From: an uncultured delta proteobacterium
Lineage (GTDB): Bacteria; Myxococcota; UBA727; VGSZ01
Direction of reading: 5' to 3'
Assembly (NCBI GenBank): GCA_963775425.1
Contig: CAVZJB010000003.1
Location: 206,983-270,982 of the forward strand
DNA length: 64,000 nucleotides
A model generated the notes under the pieces. It was not told where the DNA came from and made no database searches. It worked only from the letters and a program-made list of their open reading frames with translations. The position numbers and the translations under genes were made by a program. Positions 9,203 through 21,020 of this stretch are shown in pieces. Every line of letters begins with the position of its first letter. Position 1 is the first letter of the stretch.

Positions 9203-10446
9203 AAGACACCCTGCGCATCGAGAGCGTCGCCGTCGGCGACGAGCTGCTCGACGGCCGCATCGCCGACAAGAACACCAAGGATCTCGGCGACGCCCTCGCC
9301 GTGCTCGGCCTCGAGCTGCGCGGCGCGCGCACCGTGCCCGACGACCACGACGCCATCGTGGGCGCCGTCAAAGAGGCCGCGGCCCGCGCCGACATCGTCG
9401 TCACCAGCGGGGGCCTCGGCCCCACGAGCGACGACATCACCGCCGCGTGCGTCGCGGACGCCGCCGGCGTCCCCATGCGCTTCGACGACGCCGCGTGGGC
9501 GCGCATCCAGGCCATGTTCGAGGCCCGGAAGCTCTCCATCCCCGAGAGCAACAAGCGCCAGGCCACGCTGCCGTCGACGTCGCGCACGCTCGAAAACGAG
9601 ATGGGCACGGCGCCGGGCTTCGTCACCCCCGTGGGCGCCTGCGAGGTCTGGAGCTTCCCGGGCGTGCCGCGCGAATACCGGCACCTCCTCGAGGACCGCC
9701 TGCTCCCCCACATCCGCGAGCGGGCCAAGGGCGGCGCCGCCCTCGTGCGGCGCACGCTGCGCTCGCTCGGCGTCGCCGAGAGCGCCGTGGGCGAGCGCCT
9801 CACCGCGCTCAGCAACGAAAACCCCGACGTGCGCGTGCAGTACCGCACCCTCTTCCCCGAGATCCTCGTGCGGCTGGTGCTCGACGACGGCGACGCCGGC
9901 CGCGCCGACGCCCTCGCCGCCCGCGCCCGCAATGACATCGGCCCGTCCGTCTACGGCGACGGCGACGACCCGCTCGAGGTGCGCCTGTTGAAGGCCCTCG
10001 ACGCCCGGAAGCAGACCGTGGCGGCGGCGGAGTCGTGCACCGGCGGCCTCGTCGCCAAGCGCGTGACCGACGTCCCCGGCTCGTCGAGCGCCATGCTCGG
10101 CGGCGTGGTGTCCTACGCGAACTCCGCCAAGGTCGACCTCCTCGAGGTGCCGCAGGCCGCGCTCGACGCGCACGGCGCCGTCTCCGAAGAGGTCGCGCGC
10201 GCCATGGCCGAGGGCGCGCGCAAGCGCTTCGGCGCCGACTTCGCCGTGTCGACGACGGGCGTGGCGGGGCCGGGCGGCGGCACGGCCGAAAAGCCCGTGG
10301 GCCTCGTGTGGTTCGCGGTGGCGGGCCCGCGCGGCACCAGCGCCAGGCGCTCGCGCTTCCCGGACTTCGGCCGCGAGCGCATCCGCGAGATGGCGGCGGC
10401 CACCGCGCTGCGCCTGCTCCTCGAGGCCGTCGAGGGCCCGCAGTGA
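9199..10446 (+). CDS. cinA: CinA family protein (competence/damage-inducible; NMN amidohydrolase PncC-like C-terminus)
   Basis: ATGA overlap with pgpA. N-terminal MoCF-biosynthesis-like domain (IESVAVGDELLDGRIADKNT...VVTSGGLGPTSDDIT) and C-terminal CinA domain (AAAESCTGGLVAKRVTDVPGSS...VSTTGVAGPGGG). Confidence 0.85.
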   Translation: MKDTLRIESVAVGDELLDGRIADKNTKDLGDALAVLGLELRGARTVPDDHDAIVGAVKEAAARADIVVTSGGLGPTSDDITAACVADAAGVPMRFDDAAWARIQAMFEARKLSIPESNKRQATLPSTSRTLENEMGTAPGFVTPVGACEVWSFPGVPREYRHLLEDRLLPHIRERAKGGAALVRRTLRSLGVAESAVGERLTALSNENPDVRVQYRTLFPEILVRLVLDDGDAGRADALAARARNDIGPSVYGDGDDPLEVRLLKALDARKQTVAAAESCTGGLVAKRVTDVPGSSSAMLGGVVSYANSAKVDLLEVPQAALDAHGAVSEEVARAMAEGARKRFGADFAVSTTGVAGPGGGTAEKPVGLVWFAVAGPRGTSARRSRFPDFGRERIREMAAATALRLLLEAVEGPQ

Positions 10447-10955
10447 AGCTCCACGTCGACACCCGCTTCGAGCGGGTGACGCTGCCGCGCTTCCTGGAGA
10501 TCTACTTCTCCGAGGAATTCAACAACGCCGTTGGCGCGGTTTCGGGGCTCAAGAGCCGCACGCTCGTCGAGGAGACGGTGAAGGACGACGGCGCGCGCGA
10601 GCGGCGCGTGCGCATGGAGCCGGCGGTGACGCTGCCGGGCCCCATCCAGAAGCTCGCCGACAGGCTCGCGGGCGACAAGGCCGTCATCACCTACGACGAG
10701 GTCTCCAGCTACGACCCCGCCGCCCGCACGTGCCGCTACTTCATCGACAGCCGCATCAAGGACAAGGCGCGGGTCGAGGGCACCATCCGCTTCCTCGAAG
10801 AAGGCGACGGCGTCCGCCGCGTCATCGACGGCCTCATCGAGGTGAAGGCGCCGCTCGGCGTCGGGGGCCTGATCGAGCGCTTCATCGAGAGCGAGACGCA
10901 GAAGGGCTACCTCAAGATCGGCGCCTTCCTGCAGGATTGGATCGACACGCGGTGA
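10443..10955 (+). CDS. hypothetical protein, SRPBCC/DUF2505-like
   Basis: GTG start overlaps the cinA stop (GTGA). 170 aa. Weak resemblance to DUF2505/polyketide-cyclase-like folds. Coding-like GC3. Confidence 0.5.
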   Translation: MKLHVDTRFERVTLPRFLEIYFSEEFNNAVGAVSGLKSRTLVEETVKDDGARERRVRMEPAVTLPGPIQKLADRLAGDKAVITYDEVSSYDPAARTCRYFIDSRIKDKARVEGTIRFLEEGDGVRRVIDGLIEVKAPLGVGGLIERFIESETQKGYLKIGAFLQDWIDTR

Positions 10956-11482
10956 GCCGCACGGCCTCGCACGCGACCGCCGCCGTCGTGACCCTCGCGC
11001 TCTGTACGCTCGGCGGCGCCTGCCGCACCCCGCACATCGAAGGCGCCGCCGACGACGGCGCGCTGCACCAGACGCTCGAGCGGCCGCCGCTCCAGCCGGG
11101 CGCGCCGCCCGACTGCGACGACGCCATCTTCGCGCGCACGTTCCACACGTGCCCGGCGCCGGCCGCGGCCTTCCCGCGCATCTGGGACGCGCTCGCGCCG
11201 TCTTTGACACCGGAGCGCGCCCGCGGCTTCGTCGCCGCCGAGGGACCGGCGCTCGACGCGTGCTGCGGCGCCGCCGACCTCGTCGTCGAGCTCGACCTCG
11301 TCGTCGCCTGTGACGGCCGGGTCGAGGACGCCGCCGCCAGCGTGGGCGGCGCCGGCGCCCCCCTCCTCGCCGGCGCGTGCCTCGAGGGCGTCGCGCGCGG
11401 GTGGACGCTCGATCGGCCCAACGGGCACGAGCAGGGCGTGCACGTGCTCGTCCCGTGCGGGACCCCGGGGGCGCGCCGATGA
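10952..11482 (+). CDS. hypothetical lipoprotein
   Basis: GTG start overlaps the upstream stop. N-terminus VSRTASHATAAVVTLALCTLGGAC has a lipobox. Cys-rich. Confidence 0.5.
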   Translation: MSRTASHATAAVVTLALCTLGGACRTPHIEGAADDGALHQTLERPPLQPGAPPDCDDAIFARTFHTCPAPAAAFPRIWDALAPSLTPERARGFVAAEGPALDACCGAADLVVELDLVVACDGRVEDAAASVGGAGAPLLAGACLEGVARGWTLDRPNGHEQGVHVLVPCGTPGARR

Positions 11483-12036
11483 GGGCCCGCGCGACCGCGC
11501 GCGGCCTGGCGCGCGGCCGCTCTCTCCGGTCGCTGATCGCCCTCGCGCTCGCGTCGTCGGCGCTCCCGGGCTGCGCCCACGTCGACGTGGGCCCCGAGGG
11601 CTCGCCCGCCGTCTGGAACCTGAGCCCGCGGCGCGACGTCGAGGTCGACCACGCCGCCTTGTGCTGCCCGCGCGAAGGCGGGCTGTTGTGGGTCTCCGCC
11701 GTCGTCTCCGAGCGCGGCGTCGTCGCCGACCTGCGCGTCGAGCGGCCGCCGGCGTGGGCGGCGCTGCTCGCCGGCGGCGCGTGCGGCCTCGCCGACGGAG
11801 TGTGGCTCGTGGCGCACGTCGCCGGCGACGACGGCGCCGCGCACCAGGCGGACGCGCTGTTGGCCTCGTGCGACGAGGGGAAGAAGAAGCTCGGCGGCTC
11901 CTGGCTGCCGCCGTCCGTCTCCGCGGTCGAGCGCCGCTGCTTCGAGGGCATGACGCAGGCGTGGGCCCGCGAGCACCCTGCGCCCTCGTCACCGGTGACG
12001 TTCACCCTGAGCTGCGTCAGCGATCCAGGCGCTTGA
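11479..12036 (+). CDS. hypothetical lipoprotein
   Basis: ATGA overlap with the upstream gene. N-terminus MRARATARGLARGRSLRSLIALALASSALPGC has a lipobox. Confidence 0.5.
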   Translation: MRARATARGLARGRSLRSLIALALASSALPGCAHVDVGPEGSPAVWNLSPRRDVEVDHAALCCPREGGLLWVSAVVSERGVVADLRVERPPAWAALLAGGACGLADGVWLVAHVAGDDGAAHQADALLASCDEGKKKLGGSWLPPSVSAVERRCFEGMTQAWAREHPAPSSPVTFTLSCVSDPGA

Positions 12037-13102
12037 TCTCCACCGTGTCGCCCTTGTTCTCGAGGGCGAAGCTGCGGTGCTCCGTGGCCCCGGTGCGCAC
12101 CTGGTGGGCGATGGCGTCGAAGGGGATGTCGAGCACGGCGACGGGGTCGATGAACTCGGGGCCGTCGGTGACGGCGAAGTGCAGGTGCGGACCCGTGCTC
12201 CGTCCGGTGGAGCCGGAGTACGCGATGACGTCGCCCTCGTTCACGGTCTGGCCGGCCTCGACGAGGATCCGGCTCAGGTGCGAGTAGTGCGTGCGCACGC
12301 CGTCGCCGTGGTCGAGGACGACCTGGTTGCCGTAGCCGCCCTGGCGCCCCGCGTACACGACGAGGCCGGAGGCGGCGGCCCAGACGTTGGTCCCCATGGG
12401 GACGTCGTAGTCGACGCCGTTGTGGAAGCGCCGCTGCTTGGTGAACGGATCGGCGCGAACGCCAAACGGCGACGAGATGATCATGGGTGAGACCGGCGCG
12501 CGCAGCACGAGCTCGCCGTCGCCGAGCCGCGGCGTCGGGGTGATGGTGCCGGGGGCGTTGGCCGCGCGCAGCTCTCCGACGCTCTCGTCGACGGCGCCGA
12601 GCACCGCGCGCAGACGCTTGTCGAGGTGGGCGGGCAGCACGATCCTGCGCTCGCGGTCGTGCTCGAGCTCGACCTCGAGCGTCACGCGCGCGCGCACGAA
12701 GGCGCCGAGGTCGGTGGCGCGCGGGGCGATCTCGCAGGCGGCGCCGACGTCGGCGAGCACGCGGTTCCACGCGTCCGCCCAGCCCACGCTGCTCTTCGGC
12801 GCGCCGCGCATGAGCGCGCGGTCACCGGTGAACTGCTGCAGGGCCCCGTCGATGAGGAGCCCCGCGGACACCGTCGTCGGCGCGCGCGGCGCGGGCGTGC
12901 GGCCCCCGAAGCCGGGCTCGCCGCGGGTCATCACCGCGAGCGCGGGTGCGCGCCGCGGCGCCATCCGCGCCACCCGCGCCGCCGCCCCCGGCCCGCCGCT
13001 CGCGGCGCTCGACGCCGCGCGCGGGGCGGCGTCGACGTCGGCCCAGGTGACGCGATCGGCGGCGCAGCCGGCGGCGGAGAGGAGCGCCGCCACCGCGGTC
13101 AT
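12017..13102 (-). CDS. M23 family (LytM-type) metallopeptidase lipoprotein
   Basis: N-terminus MTAVAALLSAAGC has a lipobox. C-terminal FGVRADPFTKQRRFHNGVDYDVPMGTNVWAAASGLVVYAG...GYGNQVVLDHGDGVRTHYSHL...TGRSTGPHLHF carries the M23 HxxxD and HxH motifs. The remainder of the 1590-aa minus ORF is antisense to the vWA gene and is discarded. Confidence 0.8.
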   Translation of the reverse strand: MTAVAALLSAAGCAADRVTWADVDAAPRAASSAASGGPGAAARVARMAPRRAPALAVMTRGEPGFGGRTPAPRAPTTVSAGLLIDGALQQFTGDRALMRGAPKSSVGWADAWNRVLADVGAACEIAPRATDLGAFVRARVTLEVELEHDRERRIVLPAHLDKRLRAVLGAVDESVGELRAANAPGTITPTPRLGDGELVLRAPVSPMIISSPFGVRADPFTKQRRFHNGVDYDVPMGTNVWAAASGLVVYAGRQGGYGNQVVLDHGDGVRTHYSHLSRILVEAGQTVNEGDVIAYSGSTGRSTGPHLHFAVTDGPEFIDPVAVLDIPFDAIAHQVRTGATEHRSFALENKGDTVEIKRLDR

Positions 13103-13312
13103 CGAGAACGTCGCCGCGCGCACGGGATCGAGGGTAGGGCGCGCGCCGCGCGCCGGCCAATCCCGCGCCGCCGGTGACGCAGAGCGGCACGCGCCCCCCG
13201 AAAACAGGCCTACCCCCTTTGACGGATGCGCTTTCACCGCGGAAAACGTGCTCCCGCGCGTCCCGGCGCGCATCTCGCGGCCGCTCCTTCCGGTCGCCAT
13301 CGCGAGGTCCCG

Positions 13313-16300
13313 ATGCAGGCTCATCGCCGGTCCGTCGTCCCGTTGCTCTTGGTCGTCGCCGCTCCCGTCGTCCTGGCCCGCTGCCAGTGCGGGGATCCGC
13401 TGCAGGGTCTGCCCGAGGCGCAGATCGAGATCCTCGATGACCAGGGCAACAGCCACCTCGACGCCGAGCCGTGGCTCGTGATCGACTTCGGCGACGCCGA
13501 CAGCGGCCAGAGCGTCACCCGCAACGTGACGCTCAAGGACAACGGCACCGGGCCGCTCCTCATCGAGAAGACGTGCCTGGTGAACGCCGCCGACCTCGAC
13601 ACGGCCAGGACGGCGCCGTGCATCACCGGCCAGACCACGGCCTTCACCTTCACGGACATCGGCGCCGCCCGGTTGAAGCCCGGCACCACCGTCGATGTGC
13701 CGGTGACGTTCGCGCCGCACGCGGGCGGGCCGGCCAACCTGTTCCTGCAGGTGACGAGCACCGCCGTCAAAGAGCCCGTGGCCGCCGTGCAGCTCGTCGG
13801 CCGGGGCACCGACGGGCGCCTGTGCGCGGAGCCGAGCGGCATCTTCGACTTCGGTGACGTCGACATCGGCGCCACGGCGCCCGGGCAGATCACCGTCCGC
13901 AACTGCGGCGTGAAGCCCGTGACCATCGACTCCTTCGCGTTGTCGCAGAACCCGGACGACGCCTTCACGTTCACCCCGCAGGGCGGGGACCCCACCGGGC
14001 GCACGCTGAACCAGGACGAGACCATCGTCCTCGATCTCACGTTCACGCCGGCGCAGCCGGGGCCCTACAGCGACAACCGCGCCGGTGACATCCACGTCGT
14101 CACCGCGGCGCCCTTCGCCGCCGAGTACGACCTCATCCTCATCGGCAACGGCGTCACGCCCCCGGCCTGCCACGTCCACGTCGTGCCGCAGGTGGTGAAC
14201 TACAACGCGGTGGCCTCGGGGACGGCGGCGACGCGCCAGCTCATCGTGCAGTCCGTCGGCCAGTGCGCCTGCACCCTCGACGCCATCAGCGATCCCTCCC
14301 CCGCGGACCAGGGCTTCACGCTCGGCACCGTGCCCGCGCTCCCCATGGTCTTGAAGGGCACCGTCGGCTGCGACGGGGATCCTGCGGGCGCGGCCGCCGC
14401 GCCGTCCTCCCTCACCGTCGACGTCACGTTCACCGCGCCCGTACAAAACGACGCCACGCCGTTCAACGCGTCGCTCGACGTCAGCACCAGCGACGCCGAC
14501 GCCCCCGTGCAGACGGTGAACCTCGAGGCCAACGGCGGCGGCGCCCCCTTCTGCCAGCTCGCCGTCTCGCCGCAGGAGTCGGGCGGCGGCGGCTTCTCGG
14601 TGCCCACGCAGGGGCGCTATGGCGTCGTCGAGTTCGGCCGCACGTCGGTGCACGTGCCCAAGCAGGAGCCCATCACCCTCGAGAACACCGGCAACATCGA
14701 CTGCCACGTCACCGGCGTCGCCTACGACGATGCGCAGAACACCGTGCAAAACGAGTTCTCCGTCGTCACCGAGGACGGCCAGCCGGCCAACGGCATGGCC
14801 GCGTTCGCCATCGCCCCCGGGGAGACGCGCACGCTCTTCGCCGTGTTCTCGCCCACCCACACGCTCCAGGCGGACGGCCTGTTCGGCAGCGCGTTCTCCT
14901 TCGGGTCCTACTCGGGCACGCTCTTCCAGACCGCCACCGGCTGCCACCTGCTGAACACCGCGGCCTGCAACGGCGTCACCTTCACCACCGACGACACCAC
15001 CACCGACGTGAGCGCCTCCGGGCAGAACCCGGGCGTGTACTCCATCGGCTTCAAGGGCACGCCCGTGGCGCCGTCCGTCGACGTCATCCCCGGCTCGCTC
15101 GACTTCGGCCTCGTCACCCTCGACTGCGGCTCGCCCACCCAGCGCGTGAGCGTCTACAACAACGGCGGCGCCGACCTCGTCGTCGATGAGCCCGTCGTCG
15201 ATCCCGCCGAGACCCCGGAGGTCTTCCGCGTCGAGGGCACCACCAACTTCTCCAACACCTGGCCCTTCACCATCCCCGCCGGCGGCAGCATGTCCATCGA
15301 GGTGCGCTACTTCGCGCGCCAGCTCGGCGTCCAGGCGGCCAACCTCATCATCCCCACCGTCGAGGGCGGCAGCGCCGGTCCGCCGGTGACCATCCCGCTG
15401 CGCGGCGAGGGCACCACGGACACCAGCCAGACGGACACGTTCGATCAGTTCGGCGATCCCAAGGTCGACGTGCTCTGGGTCGTCGACGACTCCGCGTCCA
15501 TGGATCCGTACCAGAACGAGATGGCCACGAACTTCTCGCAGTTCTTCGTGTCCTCCAACGTCTCCAACGCGGACTTCCACATCGGCGTCACCACCACGCT
15601 CACCGCCAAGGCCGACTGCATCGGCGGCCCCCCGTCGTGCCAGACCAACGCCGACTGCGGCGCCGGCGGCACCTGCGCGTTCCACCTGTGCACCGCGGGC
15701 AACGCCGTCAACTCGTGCGACGACGACCCGATGTGCGGCTGGTACACGTCCTGCTCGAACGAGCACTTCCTCTCGCCGTCGTCGCCCAACGTCGACAGCC
15801 AGTTCCAGTGCAACGTGCACACGTCGGGCGGGGCCAACCCGTCGCGTCCCGGGTCGGACAGCGCCGAGGGCGGCTTCCGCGCCGCCTACCGCTTCCTCAC
15901 CCCCGAGAACATCACGGACCCGAGCATCAACGGCGGCTTCATGCGCGACGACGCCAAGCTGCACGTCATCATGGTCTCGGACGAGCCCGAGCAGAGCAAG
16001 GGCAGCGTCGACGAGTACATCGACTTCTTCCGCAACCTGAAGGGCTTCCGGAACTCCAGCCTCGTCGCCGTCAGCGCCATCGCGCCGCCGGAGAACGGCT
16101 GCACGCTCGCGGACGGCACGCAGGTCTCGGGGGACTCGCGCTACAAGGCGCTCGTCGACGCGCTCAACGGCCGCTTCGAGTCCATCTGCAACCCGGACTG
16201 GACCACGATGATGTCGCAGCTCGGCCTCGACTCGCTCGGCCTCCGCGTCGAGTTCTTCCTGTCCCGCGCCGCCGAGGAGGCGTCCATCACGGTGTGCGTG

Positions 16301-16468
16301 AAGTCGAGCCCGTCGGCGTCGCAGTGCGTGCCGCAGACAAAGACCAGCGACGGCGCCGCGAACGGCTGGTTCTACGACCCCGTCGACAACTCCGTGGTCT
16401 TCAACGCGGGCTCGGTCCCGCCGCGTGGAAGCCAGATCGTCGTCGACTACGGCACGTTCTGCTTCTGA
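13313..16468 (+). CDS. large secreted protein: signal peptide, multiple ASH/choice-of-anchor-D-like Ig-fold repeats, C-terminal von Willebrand factor A domain
   Basis: MQAHRRSVVPLLLVVAAPVVLA is a signal peptide. Repeated ~100-aa segments of the type 'FDFGDVDIGATAPGQITVRNCGVKPVTI'. Near the C-terminus LWVVDDSASMDPYQ is a DxSxS MIDAS motif of a vWA domain. 1051 aa. GC3 supports the plus strand. Confidence 0.75.
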   Translation: MQAHRRSVVPLLLVVAAPVVLARCQCGDPLQGLPEAQIEILDDQGNSHLDAEPWLVIDFGDADSGQSVTRNVTLKDNGTGPLLIEKTCLVNAADLDTARTAPCITGQTTAFTFTDIGAARLKPGTTVDVPVTFAPHAGGPANLFLQVTSTAVKEPVAAVQLVGRGTDGRLCAEPSGIFDFGDVDIGATAPGQITVRNCGVKPVTIDSFALSQNPDDAFTFTPQGGDPTGRTLNQDETIVLDLTFTPAQPGPYSDNRAGDIHVVTAAPFAAEYDLILIGNGVTPPACHVHVVPQVVNYNAVASGTAATRQLIVQSVGQCACTLDAISDPSPADQGFTLGTVPALPMVLKGTVGCDGDPAGAAAAPSSLTVDVTFTAPVQNDATPFNASLDVSTSDADAPVQTVNLEANGGGAPFCQLAVSPQESGGGGFSVPTQGRYGVVEFGRTSVHVPKQEPITLENTGNIDCHVTGVAYDDAQNTVQNEFSVVTEDGQPANGMAAFAIAPGETRTLFAVFSPTHTLQADGLFGSAFSFGSYSGTLFQTATGCHLLNTAACNGVTFTTDDTTTDVSASGQNPGVYSIGFKGTPVAPSVDVIPGSLDFGLVTLDCGSPTQRVSVYNNGGADLVVDEPVVDPAETPEVFRVEGTTNFSNTWPFTIPAGGSMSIEVRYFARQLGVQAANLIIPTVEGGSAGPPVTIPLRGEGTTDTSQTDTFDQFGDPKVDVLWVVDDSASMDPYQNEMATNFSQFFVSSNVSNADFHIGVTTTLTAKADCIGGPPSCQTNADCGAGGTCAFHLCTAGNAVNSCDDDPMCGWYTSCSNEHFLSPSSPNVDSQFQCNVHTSGGANPSRPGSDSAEGGFRAAYRFLTPENITDPSINGGFMRDDAKLHVIMVSDEPEQSKGSVDEYIDFFRNLKGFRNSSLVAVSAIAPPENGCTLADGTQVSGDSRYKALVDALNGRFESICNPDWTTMMSQLGLDSLGLRVEFFLSRAAEEASITVCVKSSPSASQCVPQTKTSDGAANGWFYDPVDNSVVFNAGSVPPRGSQIVVDYGTFCF

Positions 16469-16478
16469 ACGGTTCGTG

Positions 16479-18266
<1,788 letters not shown>

Positions 18267-18285
18267 GGCGGTCCACGCTGGCGCC

Positions 18286-18462
18286 ATGGCACCGAAAACA
18301 CCTCCCGCCGCCCAAAAGAGCGACCGCGACGTCTTCTTCGCCGCCCTCAAGCTCTACGACCGTCCCGAGAACGAGCTGCGCCAGCGCCCGCTCGACGACG
18401 ACGTCGACGTCGACGCCTTCATCGACGCGGCCTTCGGCAACATCACGCTCCCGCCCGTTTGA
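18286..18462 (+). CDS. small hypothetical protein (58 aa)
   Basis: MAPKTPPAAQKSDRDVFFAALKLYDRPENELRQRPLDDDVDVDAFIDAAFGNITLPPV. Acidic, no recognisable domain. Lies in the short gap between convergent genes. Low support. Confidence 0.25.
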   Translation: MAPKTPPAAQKSDRDVFFAALKLYDRPENELRQRPLDDDVDVDAFIDAAFGNITLPPV

Positions 18463-18468
18463 CGACGC

Positions 18469-19107
18469 TCACGGCAACGGGGTGATGACGAGGTCGTCGT
18501 ACTGGACCTCGCTCTCCCACGACGTGAACGCGAGCTTGTCGTTGTGCGGGCCGTAGAGCGGCTCGGGGTCGTCGTAGGCGAGGACACGCTCGCCGTCGAT
18601 GTACAGCTCGAGCGTGTGCCCGTCGGTGCGCTGCACGGTCCAGTGATAGACGCGGTTTTGCTCCCAGTGCCGCCGGAGCTCCTTGCGGCCCCGCTGGTGC
18701 TCGTCCAGGCGCGCGATGGTCGTGATGGTGTCGTGCCAACCGCCGAGGATGACGATGTAGCCGGACTGGTGCCGGATGCCGTCGCCGAAGATCTCGATCT
18801 TGGTGTCGACGGCGGGGGAGTGCGAGATGGTGGTGAATTCCACCCGCGTGTTCTTCGCCAGGGGAACGTCGAGCCACAGCGGCAGGTTGTGGTCCCCGAG
18901 GGTGGACAGCTTGCCGTCGAGGACGCGCCACGAGCCGCCGGACTTCAGGTAGCGCGCGCCGAGCTCGCCGCGTTCGAAGTCGTCGTGGAAGGGCGCCGCC
19001 GGCGGCACCTTGTCGTGACACGCGGCGAGCAGCCCGGCGCAGGCGAGCGCGATCACCGACCGGAGGGAGCGGCCGCGATTGATCGGGGTGAAGGCGCGCC
19101 GGCTCAC
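18469..19107 (-). CDS. lipoprotein with DUF1080 / LamG-like (3-keto-disaccharide hydrolase-like) domain
   Basis: Putative GTG start. SLRSVIALACAGLLAAC has a lipobox. HDDFERGELGARYLKSGGSWRVLDGKL... resembles the DUF1080 concanavalin-like fold. Confidence 0.55.
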   Translation of the reverse strand: MSRRAFTPINRGRSLRSVIALACAGLLAACHDKVPPAAPFHDDFERGELGARYLKSGGSWRVLDGKLSTLGDHNLPLWLDVPLAKNTRVEFTTISHSPAVDTKIEIFGDGIRHQSGYIVILGGWHDTITTIARLDEHQRGRKELRRHWEQNRVYHWTVQRTDGHTLELYIDGERVLAYDDPEPLYGPHNDKLAFTSWESEVQYDDLVITPLP

Positions 19108-19643
19108 GCGAGCACCTCGGAGACCGCCTTCAACCTCGCCGTGGGCTCCGCGGCCGACGACAGCCGCAGGGTCCAAAAGCCGACGTCGTGGAAGCGGCCG
19201 AGCTTGAAGCCCACCTCGGCGAAGGTGCCGACGAACGAGAAGCCGAGGCCCTCGTGCAAGCGCACCGAGGCCTCGTTCGGCAGCGCGATGCCGGCGACGA
19301 GCACGTGGAACCCCTGCGCGCGGCAGACGTCGAACAGGCGCTCGTAGAGGGCGCGGGCCACGCCTTTGCGCTGGTGCTGTTCGTCGACGTAGACGCCGAT
19401 CTCAGCGGTCCACGCGTACGCGGCGCGCGAGCGAAACGGCATCGCCTTGGCGAAGCCCGCGATGCCCGGGTCACCCTCGGCGACGAGGTAGGCGTAGCGC
19501 TCGCGTGTCTGTTCCCACTCCGCGCGCAGGGAGTCGCCCGTGAGGGGCGCGGTGGCGAAGTGGATGGCGGTGCGCGCGATGTAGCCGTTGGTGAGCGCTG
19601 CGATGCGGTCGAAGTCACCGGCGTCGACGCTGCGCACCCGCAT
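19104..19643 (-). CDS. GNAT family N-acetyltransferase (PAT/Bar-like)
   Basis: FDRIAALTNGYIARTAIHF...QHQRKGVARALYERLFDVCRAQGFHVLVAGIA...NEASVRLHEGLGF is the phosphinothricin-acetyltransferase-like GNAT pattern. Confidence 0.8.
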   Translation of the reverse strand: MRVRSVDAGDFDRIAALTNGYIARTAIHFATAPLTGDSLRAEWEQTRERYAYLVAEGDPGIAGFAKAMPFRSRAAYAWTAEIGVYVDEQHQRKGVARALYERLFDVCRAQGFHVLVAGIALPNEASVRLHEGLGFSFVGTFAEVGFKLGRFHDVGFWTLRLSSAAEPTARLKAVSEVLA

Positions 19644-19682
19644 GCGCCAGTGCTAGCGCGTGGGGCGCGCGCTGTCATGCCG

Positions 19683-21020
19683 TCAGGGCGCGCAGGCGTC
19701 CGCGAGGCAGGAGAAAGCGCCGGTGCCGCCGTGCGCGGCGCAGCGCGGCGCGCACGACTGCTGCGCCGAGCCGTCGCATGTCGCCGTGCAGAACGACGCG
19801 TCCGTGCCGTCGGCGCACCCGCAGCGGGCGGCGGCGTCGCCGCGGGGTGCTGTGCCCTCGACGCAGCCGTCGTCGGACGGCAGGCAGCGCGCGCGCACGA
19901 GGTTGGCTCCCTCGCAGAGCTGGAGGCACGTCGCGTGGAACGTGGCGACGTCGTCGCAGGCGAGGTCGCTGCAGACGGCCACCGTCCCGGTGTCCTCGCA
20001 GTCGCACACGAGGGCGTTCACCCCGTGCGCGACGGCGCACGCGGGCGCGTCGTGCCGGCAGCGGACCGAAGCGCCGCCGCCGTGCCCGGCGCAGGCCTGC
20101 ACGCAGTCGTCGCCGCAGCCGACGGTGCACGCGTCGACGACGGCGCCGTCGTCGCAGACGCACGCGACCGCGTCGTTCCCCGAGGGGAGGCCCGCGCGGG
20201 CGCAGCCCTCGTCGGCGGCGCAGCTCGCGACCGCGCCGGGGGCGCCGCAGGCGTGGTCGCAGGCGGTCTGCGCGAGCGCGGGGTCCTCGCCGCAGTCGCG
20301 GCCGGTGCAGGTGGCGACGTCGATGCCGCCGGGGCAGCCGCAGACGACGGCGTTGTCGCCGGCGGCCCCGAAGGCGCAGGCGAGATCGGTCTCGACGCAC
20401 GCCTCGACGCCGGAGCTCGTGCCGCGGCAGGCGCGCGCGCAGACGGCGCCGGCGTCGTGCGCGCCGCCGCCACAGACGTCGGCGGTGCAGACGTCGACGA
20501 GGGAGCCGTCGCCGCAGCGGCACGACGTCTTGTCCGGGCCCGTGGGGACGTCGAACGACGCGCAGCCGGGATCGTGGGGCAGGCAGGTGGGCGCGGCGCC
20601 GTCGCCGCAGGCGGCGCGGCAGACGGCGTCGACGGTCGCGGCGTCGTCGTCGCAGTCGAGCTCCGCGCAGGCGCCGCCGCAGCCGCAGACGACGCCCGTG
20701 TCGCCGCCGACGGCGGCGCCGAGCACGCAGCCGACGTCGGCGCCGGCGCAGCGGCCCTCGACGGCGCCGCCGTGCTCGGCGCACGGCGCATCGCAGTCGA
20801 GGTGCGCGGGGCAGGCCTCGAAGCAGGACGACGACGACGTCCCGTCGGCGCATGTGCAGAGCGCCCGCACGCCCCGGGTGAGATCGAGCGCGGGCGTCGC
20901 CGGCGCGGCCGCCGGGTGCGGCTGCGCCTGTGGGCAAGCGGCGCCCGCGCAGAGGGCGAGGAGCGCGACGACGTCGAGGCGGGCGCGCGAGGGCTGACTG
21001 TGCGGCGTCGCGCGCGTCAC
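19683..21020 (-). CDS. Myxococcales-type cysteine-rich repeat lipoprotein
   Basis: GTG start overlaps the upstream stop. VTRATPHSQPSRARLDVVALLALCAGAAC has a lipobox. Then ~10 repeats of C-x-C/DG-rich ~40-aa units (e.g. CGDGSLVDVCTADVCGGGAHDAGAVCARAC). The antisense acidic/Arg-rich ORFs over the same DNA are artifacts. Confidence 0.7.
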   Translation of the reverse strand: MTRATPHSQPSRARLDVVALLALCAGAACPQAQPHPAAAPATPALDLTRGVRALCTCADGTSSSSCFEACPAHLDCDAPCAEHGGAVEGRCAGADVGCVLGAAVGGDTGVVCGCGGACAELDCDDDAATVDAVCRAACGDGAAPTCLPHDPGCASFDVPTGPDKTSCRCGDGSLVDVCTADVCGGGAHDAGAVCARACRGTSSGVEACVETDLACAFGAAGDNAVVCGCPGGIDVATCTGRDCGEDPALAQTACDHACGAPGAVASCAADEGCARAGLPSGNDAVACVCDDGAVVDACTVGCGDDCVQACAGHGGGASVRCRHDAPACAVAHGVNALVCDCEDTGTVAVCSDLACDDVATFHATCLQLCEGANLVRARCLPSDDGCVEGTAPRGDAAARCGCADGTDASFCTATCDGSAQQSCAPRCAAHGGTGAFSCLADACAP

